A stretch of DNA of 19,626 nucleotides, from assembly GCA_042217545.1 (NCBI GenBank), contig JBDGSM010000046.1, positions 1 to 19,626 of the forward strand. The letters run 5' to 3'. The notes beneath the pieces were generated by a model. That model made no database searches and was not told where the DNA came from. It saw only the letters and a list, made by a program, of their open reading frames with translations. Within the stretch, counting starts at the first letter, position 1. Each line of letters opens with the position of its first letter. Shown in pieces: positions 1 to 7,530 of this stretch. The translations under genes and the position numbers were made by a program. Origin of the DNA: Candidatus Nanohalobium sp. GTDB taxonomy: Archaea > Nanohalarchaeota > Nanosalinia > Nanosalinales > Nanosalinaceae.

Positions 1-1339
1 TGTGAGAACTGGAGGAAGTAGTTTGATCGGTTAAGTTGATTGCTGGTTCGCTGTTTGGCAGAGTAAGTGATTTCTTGGCACTTTTTCTCTTCACGCTGTC
101 AGTATCGTTGAAGATGAAGTAATAGTCTATCTTATCTGTTTCAGTGGAGCCATATCCAATATGGTCTAAAGACTTACTCAAAGAGGCATTACAGGCCTTC
201 TTTTGAGGGCCAGATACATTTTTCAAGGTCGCTGACCCAAGTTTCTTGTAGTTGTCCTTGTAATTTGGTTTGTAATAAACTTTGCAGCTAGAAAAGGAGG
301 CATCTCCGCTTGGATGCTCTGCAATTGCTGAAATATTGCTTTTATGCTTGTCATCATAGTTTTTTACATCTGTTGATGTTATATTAATCAACTTGTGGTT
401 TATTTCGTAAAAATCCAGCTTTGGAGTATCTGAGGAGTTGCTCGTGCCGAGATCAGCTGTTATCTTTATATATTGCGCATTTTCTAGGCCTGTAAGGTCG
501 ATAGTGTTTTTTCCATCTGCTAGGAGATAAGAAGTGGAGTCAAGCACATTTGATTTATCGTTTGAAACTTCTATATCTATGCTTATTTGTGTGTCGGTGT
601 TTATTGACTCTGTTCTGTAAGTTAAATTATGCCATGAGGCCTTCCTTCCTGTATTTATCCATCCTGTAGAATGAGTTCCTGAGCTCTTATACTCTGGAAG
701 GTAAACAGAGTAATCTTCCTGTTCATTGTAAGTGGTGTCTGTCGTCGGATCCATATGATAGCTACTGTATGCGCCTATTACCCTCATGATTGTGGACTCT
801 CCCATGTTGATGTCTTTTGGGACAGTTATCTGCTCGGAGACCACGCAGCCGTTTGTGCTGCAGTGACCTATTTTGTAGACGTTGTCGTCTGAAAGATCTT
901 CGTTATCGTTCCAATCGAATGCCACAGTAGCATACTCTCCGTATCCTCCTGTATGGAACCTGACGCTGATCTTATATGTATGGCCTGGCTTTAGAGAACT
1001 GGATTTTATATTTGTGGCGTCTAAATACCCTCCATTGTCGCCTGTAGAGTGAGATATGTCCTTTATTTCCACTTTGGTTATGTATTCTCCATAAGATGTG
1101 TCTCCTCCGCTTACATTGGCATATTTCCCTGCATCTACATTGTTGGCAGTTTTATTAACATAGCCAAGTTTTAAATTTCCTTTAGTGACTGTTACGTTAG
1201 TTAAGGAGCCTGATTTCCATTCTGTAGTGCTGTTTATGGTTTCTGATGTTGCTATTCCTGAACTGGACATAACTAAGGCTAGGAATATAAGGAAAAATGC
1301 TCGAAAGAGATAGTGGCTGTATTTATGATAGGATGACAT
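1..1339 (-). CDS. Secreted/surface glycoprotein with a GEVED-like domain (3'-truncated by the window edge)
   Basis: Manual translation from ATG at 1339 is open to position 2 (446 codons). It begins with a signal-peptide-like N-terminus (MSSYHKYSHYLFRAFFLIFLALVMSSSGIA). A GEVED-like segment lies at ~698-1087 (EYITKV..DNGGYLD..ATVAFDWNDNEDLSD..ITVP..MRV..NEQEDYSV). It is Ser/Thr/Asn-rich with 12 N-x-S/T sequons and two Cys pairs. Not in the ORF track because there is no stop inside the window. Confidence 0.85.
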   Translation of the reverse strand, partial: MSSYHKYSHYLFRAFFLIFLALVMSSSGIATSETINSTTEWKSGSLTNVTVTKGNLKLGYVNKTANNVDAGKYANVSGGDTSYGEYITKVEIKDISHSTGDNGGYLDATNIKSSSLKPGHTYKISVRFHTGGYGEYATVAFDWNDNEDLSDDNVYKIGHCSTNGCVVSEQITVPKDINMGESTIMRVIGAYSSYHMDPTTDTTYNEQEDYSVYLPEYKSSGTHSTGWINTGRKASWHNLTYRTESINTDTQISIDIEVSNDKSNVLDSTSYLLADGKNTIDLTGLENAQYIKITADLGTSNSSDTPKLDFYEINHKLINITSTDVKNYDDKHKSNISAIAEHPSGDASFSSCKVYYKPNYKDNYKKLGSATLKNVSGPQKKACNASLSKSLDHIGYGSTETDKIDYYFIFNDTDSVKRKSAKKSLTLPNSEPAINLTDQTTSSSSH

Positions 1340-1396
1340 TGATTATGGCTTCTCTTGACTAAGAATTTGAATTAGTTCATAATAAATGTTCAGCAA

Positions 1397-1876
1397 CTAC
1401 TTTCTAGTGTATTCCACAAAGTCGAAATCATCTCTTTCTTCTCTCTTAGTTTCTTCCCAGTTGTCTTCATCCCAGTTAGGGAAGAAAGTGTCTCCATCTA
1501 TTTCTCTATGTACTTCTGTTAAAATCATTTTATCTGCATCTTCCAGGGCCTCTTTGTAGATTGTTGCTCCTCCTATGATGAAGGCCTTGTTGTCGAGTTC
1601 TTCTGCTTTGTTGTAGGCCTCTTCGAGACTGTTCGCTGTTTTTACACTCTCGTCTTCTGGCCGAAAGTCGCTTCTCGTCAGTACTATGTTGGTTCTGCCG
1701 GGTAGAGGCCTTACTGGGTCAGGGAATGACTGGTATGTTTTTCTGCCCATTATGATGGGGTGTCCCATCGTGGTTTCTTTGAAGTGCTTCATGTCTTCGG
1801 GTATGTTCCAGGGTATGTCTCCGTTTTTTCCGATTGCGTTGTTTTCTGATACTGCTGCGATGATTATTTTCTCCAT
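1397..1876 (-). CDS. folA: Dihydrofolate reductase
   Basis: Canonical motifs: IIAAVSENNAIGKNGDIPW-IPEDMKHFK, IMGRKTY, PLPGRTNIVLTR, IIGGATIY, GDTFFP. Start placed at the ATG at 1876, 1 nt after the upstream stop. Confidence 0.97.
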   Translation of the reverse strand: MEKIIIAAVSENNAIGKNGDIPWNIPEDMKHFKETTMGHPIIMGRKTYQSFPDPVRPLPGRTNIVLTRSDFRPEDESVKTANSLEEAYNKAEELDNKAFIIGGATIYKEALEDADKMILTEVHREIDGDTFFPNWDEDNWEETKREERDDFDFVEYTRK

Positions 1877-1877
1877 G

Positions 1878-2660
1878 CTATCTTTCCTTGAATTCAAGCA
1901 GGTTCTGGAGGGTTTCGAAGTTTTCTGCGTGTTTAACTGCTCTCTGGAATTCCCGGATGCTTTCGAGATCGATCGAGTCCGGTTCGTAGAGTTCTCTGTC
2001 GCTGTACTTGTTCACCAGGCCTGCGGCTGTGAGTCCTGATAGTACGAGGCCTATCTCTTGGGCTCTGACGTCTTCGACTTTTTTCTTGAGGTCTCTGGTT
2101 CTGAAGTAGCTGTTTCTTTTTTCTTTTATTTCTTTGAGGCCTTCGTAGACGTTCTCTATGTTGTTTCTCAGTCTTCCGTATTCCTGTTCGCTCAGTTCCT
2201 TTATCTCCGGGTCGATTTCTGGTCTTTTACGTTCGGCTATGTCTCTCATCTTTCTGATGCTTTCTGCTGTGTTCTGGAACTGGTCTTTTTCCTCCGTTCT
2301 GTCTATGAACCTGGCGTAGAGGCCTTCCTCTTCTTCCTCTGGGTTTTCCTCGAGTACTTCTTCCGCTATCTCCTCTGGTTCCCTCGGCTGTGGTTCTGCT
2401 TCGAGTTCGTATCCGAGTCTTTCCCAGCCTGTTCCCTCGAGGAGGACTGCCTCCCAGGTCTTGGGGTTGTTTCCGGTTCTGATGACGTGGCTGGTTTCTT
2501 CTTTCTCTGTCATGTATTTGAGGGTTTTACCTACTTTCTGCGGGGTGTATCCCTCGAGTCTTTCGGCGATGTCTCCGCTCGTGAAGGATGAGGTCTCTTC
2601 TTGGGTGTAGGCCTCTATCTCGGGCAGCAGGTCCTCGTAGAATCGTTCCTCCCAGCTCAT
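1878..2660 (-). CDS. Hypothetical acidic protein with two winged-HTH-like repeats (possible DNA-binding protein)
   Basis: 260 aa. Two similar segments, FTSGDIAERLEGYTPQKVGKTLKYM..TW and FRTRDLKKKVEDVRAQEIGLVLSGLTAAGLV, joined by a Glu-rich linker. Abuts folA. Confidence 0.6.
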   Translation of the reverse strand: MSWEERFYEDLLPEIEAYTQEETSSFTSGDIAERLEGYTPQKVGKTLKYMTEKEETSHVIRTGNNPKTWEAVLLEGTGWERLGYELEAEPQPREPEEIAEEVLEENPEEEEEGLYARFIDRTEEKDQFQNTAESIRKMRDIAERKRPEIDPEIKELSEQEYGRLRNNIENVYEGLKEIKEKRNSYFRTRDLKKKVEDVRAQEIGLVLSGLTAAGLVNKYSDRELYEPDSIDLESIREFQRAVKHAENFETLQNLLEFKER

Positions 2661-2771
2661 CGTTTTTCCGTGGTCCTTTTGTTCGGGTATTGTTTCACGC
2701 GCGGTTTTCCCGGTTACTGGATGGTTTCGTTGTCCTGTAATTATTTAATACCTTGATTCTAATTAGTGCTT

Positions 2772-3458
2772 ATGATTCCCATCACGGCTATCGACCATTT
2801 CATCTGGGCAGGTCTTATCTTCCTGTCGTTTTACACTGTTTACAGAAAGTATCAGGAGAACCAGAACGAGATGCTGAAGAACTTCTACATGTTCTTCCTT
2901 GTCTGGTCAACAGGATTCTTTGGCCTGATGGCCTCCATGTTCACCTTGGGTGCTTACCTGGGTAACGACATGATCCTTTCGCTGGGATACGTGATACCTC
3001 ACATATTCGCGTTTGTATCGATAGGATATCTCTGGAAGGTCCAGAGCAGTATCAACTTCCCGAAGTACCAGAAGCTTTTCTGGGTTTTCGTCGGTTATGG
3101 GGTTCTGCTCGTCGGGTACGGGCTTCTGAACAGGCCTGATGTCGCTGTACAGGATGGAGTCGTGACTTACGGCGGTTCGATGTTCAGTTCGCTTATACCT
3201 CTTGGGATGACGGTCTCGGCAGTCCTTATCTCCGGAAGCAGTTTCTACTCCGCATACGTGACCAAGGGAGATACCAGAAGAAAACTTGTCCTGATAGGTA
3301 TCGGGACTATGTTGTCTCTCGTCTTTGGATCGATTTTCCATAACCTCGGTTACAAATTACTAGGTGAAGCGACAAATCTTGTATGGATCAGTATCTTCCT
3401 CGCGGTCACTCACTGGCAAATGCTTCAGGAAAAGCTCTCAGGCCTGAGAGGTGAGTAG
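2772..3458 (+). CDS. Stand-alone ~7-TM membrane protein resembling N-terminal 7TM sensor domains of histidine kinases
   Basis: About seven hydrophobic segments and no cytoplasmic catalytic domain. An RRKLVLIGIG motif precedes TM6. TATA-like TTATTTAATA at 2741-2750 favours a leaderless ATG at 2772. Family assignment is by pattern only. Confidence 0.6.
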   Translation: MIPITAIDHFIWAGLIFLSFYTVYRKYQENQNEMLKNFYMFFLVWSTGFFGLMASMFTLGAYLGNDMILSLGYVIPHIFAFVSIGYLWKVQSSINFPKYQKLFWVFVGYGVLLVGYGLLNRPDVAVQDGVVTYGGSMFSSLIPLGMTVSAVLISGSSFYSAYVTKGDTRRKLVLIGIGTMLSLVFGSIFHNLGYKLLGEATNLVWISIFLAVTHWQMLQEKLSGLRGE

Positions 3459-3776
3459 ATGGAGTACAAGGAGGTATTCGAGCAGATAATGGAAAAGGCT
3501 AACGGCATGGTGGGTGAGGTCGCGTACAGGCAGGCGGACCAGGTCGAAGGAGTGAACGTCTCTCAGGACGGTGAGGTCGAGGGAGAGATAGGAGGGAAAC
3601 AGGTACGTGAACTCGTGGAGAAATACAGCGATATAATGGGTGAAGGAGGATACGGAGTGGTCCGACAGTCCATAAAGGAGATATACGATGAGGACCAGTC
3701 CATAGCACAGCTGGAACTGCCTGACGAGGTCACCCCGAAAGAGGTAAGGGCCAGCCAGTTCGCCTCCGCGCTCTAG
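3459..3776 (+). CDS. Small acidic soluble protein, translationally coupled to the 7TM gene (possible signalling output domain)
   Basis: 105 aa. The ATG directly follows the upstream TAG and is preceded by a GAGGTGA Shine-Dalgarno sequence. Composition is halophile-like. Confidence 0.75.
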   Translation: MEYKEVFEQIMEKANGMVGEVAYRQADQVEGVNVSQDGEVEGEIGGKQVRELVEKYSDIMGEGGYGVVRQSIKEIYDEDQSIAQLELPDEVTPKEVRASQFASAL

Positions 3777-3786
3777 GAATCCCTTT

Positions 3787-4884
3787 TTATTCAGCCACCG
3801 AGAACTCGAGGCCTCCATGCGGATCATAGCCTTCCAGCTGGAAGTCCTCGTACTCCAGCTCGTCTATACTCTTCTCCGGCAGATGCATCTCAGGCCTTTC
3901 CTTAGGCTCCCTGGAGAGCTGTTTCAGCAGGTTTGGGACGTGATCGAAGTTCTCCTCGCCTTCCCTTTCATCCGGAGCCTCCTCTGCGATCCATTCTTTG
4001 ATGTCGAGGTAGTCTTCCCTGCTTGAGGCCTCTCTCATTTTCTTTTTCAGGGTTTCGAGGTTTTCGCTGTACCATTCTCCTCTCTCGTTCTTTCCGCAGT
4101 AGATGTGGCTGTCGACGATTGTATGTGAGAAGGTTCCTGGCTCGAAATCGGTCTGCTTCGCTATTATCTTTGTTATCAGTGCGTAGGCGGCGATGTTGAA
4201 CGGTATTCCCAGTGCGGTGTCGCCACTTCTTTGTGTCAGATGTGTGTTCAGTTTTCCGTCCTGTACGTTCATGACCCAGGTGAAGTGGCACGGTGGAAGC
4301 TTTGAGACTGCTGCGTTCGCCGGATGCCAGGCGTTGATGATGATTCTACGTGATTCAGGGCCTCTGTACGGGTGGTCGCCGTTCAGGGTGTCGATGGCGT
4401 ACTGTATCTGGTCGAAAGTTTTTCTCCCGTCCTCTTCCTCGTTGATCCAGCGTGAGATTCCTTCCCTGATTTCCTCTTCCTCCAGGTCGTACTGTTCCTC
4501 GGCTTTCTCCATCCATTCGTCCTGGTTGGTCGGCCACCACTCTCCTCTGAGAACGTCCTCGTCTTCTGGTATCGGGTAGCGGCGCCAGAAACGTCCGTAG
4601 GCGGTGGGTAGGAGGCCTTCGTCGTCGGCCCATGCGTTCCAGATCTTGGTGTGTTCTCTCAGGTTTTTGATGTGTTCTTCTCCTGTGAAGTACCATAGAA
4701 GTTCGTGGATGAGCGAGTTCCACCGGTAGCCGGAGAGGTCTTTCGTCGTGAGGAGAGGGAATCCTTCCTGAAGGTCGATCTTGTAGTGCTGTGAGAAGCT
4801 GGAGATCGTGTCCGCGTCTGTCCTGTTTTTCTTGTAGTTTCCGTCTTCGAGTATGTTTTTGACAAGCTGCTGGTACTGTTCCAA
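3787..4884 (-). CDS. thyA: Thymidylate synthase ThyA with two acidic insertions
   Basis: Motifs GFPLLTTK, ELLW, IWNAWAD, YG..WR, DQI, SRRIIINAW, LPPCH (catalytic Cys), QRSGD, GIPFNIAAYAL, DSHIY. TTG start with GGAGGGG upstream. Confidence 0.97.
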   Translation of the reverse strand: MEQYQQLVKNILEDGNYKKNRTDADTISSFSQHYKIDLQEGFPLLTTKDLSGYRWNSLIHELLWYFTGEEHIKNLREHTKIWNAWADDEGLLPTAYGRFWRRYPIPEDEDVLRGEWWPTNQDEWMEKAEEQYDLEEEEIREGISRWINEEEDGRKTFDQIQYAIDTLNGDHPYRGPESRRIIINAWHPANAAVSKLPPCHFTWVMNVQDGKLNTHLTQRSGDTALGIPFNIAAYALITKIIAKQTDFEPGTFSHTIVDSHIYCGKNERGEWYSENLETLKKKMREASSREDYLDIKEWIAEEAPDEREGEENFDHVPNLLKQLSREPKERPEMHLPEKSIDELEYEDFQLEGYDPHGGLEFSVAE

Positions 4885-4947
4885 AGAAGTTTTCCCCTCC
4901 TGGTTTCCAGTTCTGCCGAGAGAGTTTAATATCTTCGTGACTGGTGC

Positions 4948-5213
4948 ATGGCTATGAGGTTAAGGAGGGCGGCGCTTCAGACGTTTTCACTTGTTCCAGG
5001 CCTTGGTGCGGCGGTTTCTCTGTTCTTCTGGGTCTCTGTCGTGTTCGATCTAGGTGATCCGGCTCTTGATCGGGTCTGCCAGGGCCTTCTCTGACGCTTC
5101 CGGTGCTGGCGCTTGTGTTAGGGATCGTTGCGTGGAGGGTTTCTCCTGATCTGGATGATACTCTGAAGGGGGTCCTGGAGGCGCTGCTTGAGCCTGTTCT
5201 GAATCTCGGGTAG
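4948..5213 (+). pseudogene. Small 2-TM membrane protein gene with an apparent 1-bp frameshift (or sequencing error)
   Basis: ATG at 4948/4954 reads MRLRRAALQTFSLVPGLGAAVSLFFWVSVVFDLGDPAL and stops at 5092. The -1 frame from ~5070 reads SGLPGPSLTLPVLALVLGIVAWRVSPDLDDTLKGVLEALLEPVLNLG* (stop 5211-5213). A TATA-like TTTAAT lies at 4925. Confidence 0.5.
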
Positions 5214-5255
5214 GCGTTCCCTGAACTGTTAAACCTGGGGTTGTATTTACCGTAT

Positions 5256-5999
5256 GTGGAACTGCCCAGGATCTTCGAGTCCCGTGAGAAAGAGAAGAAG
5301 GTGCTGAAGTACACAGCGGTCCTTTTGGCGGTCTTCGTGGTCGGCTATTTCGTCACGCAGCCCTATCATGGATTGCTTTTTGACGTTGAGAGGATGAGGG
5401 ATTTCATCGAGAGCTTCGGACCTCTTGGACCGCTCGTATTGATAGCTCTTCAGGCCTCTCAGGTAATTATAGCGCCTGTTCCTGGCCCGGTGGTCGGTGC
5501 AGCAGCAGGGTATGCCTTCGGAGTTCTATGGGGTACAGTCTACGGGTTCATAGGCCTGGCTATAGGCAGTTCTATAGCCATTATACTTGCAAAGATGTAC
5601 GGTAGGCCTTTCGTTGAGGACGTTATCGCTGATGATACGATGGATAAGTTTGACGATCTTGCGGATGAGCACGGCTTCCTGCCGTTCTTCCTGATGTTCC
5701 TGTTACCGGGTTTTCCGGACGACGCGATATGCTTCATAGCAGGCCTTACAGATATAGACACGAAGAAGCTACTTCTTATGGCGAGCTTCGGACGTTTGCC
5801 AGGCCTTTTATCTCTTACAGTTGTGGGGAACAGTCTTGCACTTGGCAACATGAAAATTATGGCTGTAACAATGGTTATCGTGCTGGCTGTCAGTACTGGC
5901 GCCTGGTACGTCAGGGAGTCGGTCGTTCGGCCGGGAGAAAATATCAGGAATCCTGTCTCGGCGGTGAAGAGGAAGGCAGGTTCCTGGCTAGAGAACTGA
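5256..5999 (+). CDS. TVP38/TMEM64 (DedA/VTT superfamily) membrane protein
   Basis: Motifs FGPLGPLVLIALQASQVIIAPVPG, GYAFGVLWG, YGRPFVE, LLPGFPDDAICFIAGLT, GRLPG. GTG start at 5256 is assumed. Confidence 0.9.
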   Translation: MELPRIFESREKEKKVLKYTAVLLAVFVVGYFVTQPYHGLLFDVERMRDFIESFGPLGPLVLIALQASQVIIAPVPGPVVGAAAGYAFGVLWGTVYGFIGLAIGSSIAIILAKMYGRPFVEDVIADDTMDKFDDLADEHGFLPFFLMFLLPGFPDDAICFIAGLTDIDTKKLLLMASFGRLPGLLSLTVVGNSLALGNMKIMAVTMVIVLAVSTGAWYVRESVVRPGENIRNPVSAVKRKAGSWLEN

Positions 6000-6065
6000 T
6001 CAGGCAGACTGTTGTGACTAACCCTACCTACACTTTTAAAGTTGGTTAAGTGGTTCCTCTCTGTG

Positions 6066-6782
6066 ATGCCTCTGAGGGAGTTGCCGGATAAGGACAGGAT
6101 CGTAGGACATGAAGCGGGCAATTTTATGAGTGGTGTCGTCATTGGATGGCCGGAGAAGGAGGGAGACAACCGTCTCTGGATGGAGGGCGAGCAGATAATC
6201 AACGCGTTCAACCGGTATATGGAGGCAGCTGAGAGCGGTGATTTGAGGGGTCAGGCCGAGGCGATGAGGGTTCTTGAGAGTTTTGACGTTTATGAAACTC
6301 CTGATTATGCGAGGAGGCAGCTTCAGAGAGGTCTTGATGTTATAGAGTCTGCAGAGGCCTATGATAGGATGATCGAGGAGGATTATGAGACTGAAATAGG
6401 TCTTGATGATGTTCTGAGGCCTTTTGACTGGTATGATGGGATCGAGTCCGATTATGAGGATGTGGATGTTCGCGGCAGCGAGGCTCTGCGTGTTGTCTCC
6501 AGTACTATAGTCAAGAACTGGCTTGACCATGGAAACGGGAGGGATGAGGATGGAAGTATGTGGCTTGAGTACGAGGAGAACGGTGGAGAGGTGGAGCTCA
6601 GCATCTATGATAACGGTCCTGGATGGCCGGATGAGGGGATCGATTTCGAGGGGGGCGATCCCGGTGAGGGGATAGGCCTTTCGACCGCCTATGCCGTTAC
6701 CGAGGAGTACGGAGGGGTTCTGGAGCCCTTTGAGCCGGATACCGGTGGAGCGGGCTACAGGTGGATGCTGGAGAAGGCCTGA
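6066..6782 (+). CDS. Sensor-less histidine kinase-like protein (H-box plus HATPase_c)
   Basis: Putative H-box HEAGN near the N-terminus. N-box IVKNWLDHG, G1 IYDNGPG, G2 GEGIGL, then YGG..GGAGYRW. No TM segments or input domain. Confidence 0.8.
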   Translation: MPLRELPDKDRIVGHEAGNFMSGVVIGWPEKEGDNRLWMEGEQIINAFNRYMEAAESGDLRGQAEAMRVLESFDVYETPDYARRQLQRGLDVIESAEAYDRMIEEDYETEIGLDDVLRPFDWYDGIESDYEDVDVRGSEALRVVSSTIVKNWLDHGNGRDEDGSMWLEYEENGGEVELSIYDNGPGWPDEGIDFEGGDPGEGIGLSTAYAVTEEYGGVLEPFEPDTGGAGYRWMLEKA

Positions 6783-6788
6783 GGTTTT

Positions 6789-7507
6789 TCACATGGTTCG
6801 AGGCCTGAGGCATCCTATGAGGTGGAGGCTGCCGGTCACGAGTATCGTTTCGCCGGGTTCGGCATCGGACTTCGCGGCTTCCAGGGCGTTCTCCGGTCGT
6901 TCGAAGGTTTCCGAGTCTTTGGTTGATTCTTTCTGCAGGTTCTCTGGTTCTTCTGAGGCCCATTCGACATCTGATCTGGTGAAGTAGAACTTGGAGGCCT
7001 TGTTTTCAAGTGTTTGTATCATCTGGTGGTGTCTTTTCTTTTTTGAGGCGTTGAAGACGCATCTGAACTGGTCTGGCAGCTCTTCCAGGATTTTTTCTGT
7101 TGCTGAGGGGTTGTGGGCTCCGTCATGGCTGTGAGGGATTCGAAGAACGAAAGTTCCTGGTCCAGCGCCTCTATCCTTCTGTAAAGCTTCGGGAAATCCT
7201 TCCTGTCGATCATCGCCCCGTCCTTCTTTATCCGTTCCCTGACGCTGTGTATGTGGGGTGATCTGAAGGTCCCCGTGGAGTAACCTTTCTGCTGGAGCAG
7301 GGCCGAGATCATCTCCACAGTGGAGCCCTTCCCGTTCGTACCTCCGACCAGTACTACGTCAAGATCCCTCTGAGGCCTTCCGAGGAGGTGCAGGGCTTCC
7401 GCTGTCCTCTCCTTCGCGGGCCTTTTACCTTTTGAACGACGTGATTCCAGGTCCTCGACGGCGTTTCTGTACTGCTGCTGAACGCTTTCTGCAGTTTTTC
7501 TCTTCAT
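6789..7507 (-). pseudogene. folC: Folylpolyglutamate/dihydrofolate synthase with a large internal deletion and frameshift
   Basis: The N-terminal 128 codons carry VGGTNGKGST, FRSPH, RERI and SFFESLTAM. They join at ~7124, in another frame, to the C-terminal domain DGAHNP...ILVTGSLHLIG (stop 6789). The central E-x-G-x-GGRLDATN and DH...EKAGI region is absent. Confidence 0.88.
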
Positions 7508-7530
7508 CAGGTTCTCTTTCCCTGCTGGTT

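Noticed and set aside
2772..3458. Possible microbial rhodopsin (7 TM, halophile)
   Set aside because: No retinal-binding Lys motif in the last helix and no helix-C R-Y-x-D-W-like motif.
3787..4884. ThyA as a phage-type dCMP hydroxymethylase for DNA modification
   Set aside because: The specificity residue is Asn (PFNIA), as in dUMP-specific enzymes, and it sits with folA and glyA in housekeeping context.
6789..7507. folC as two genuine genes or a programmed frameshift
   Set aside because: Even if rejoined, the product lacks the central catalytic region, and there is no slippery sequence at the junction.
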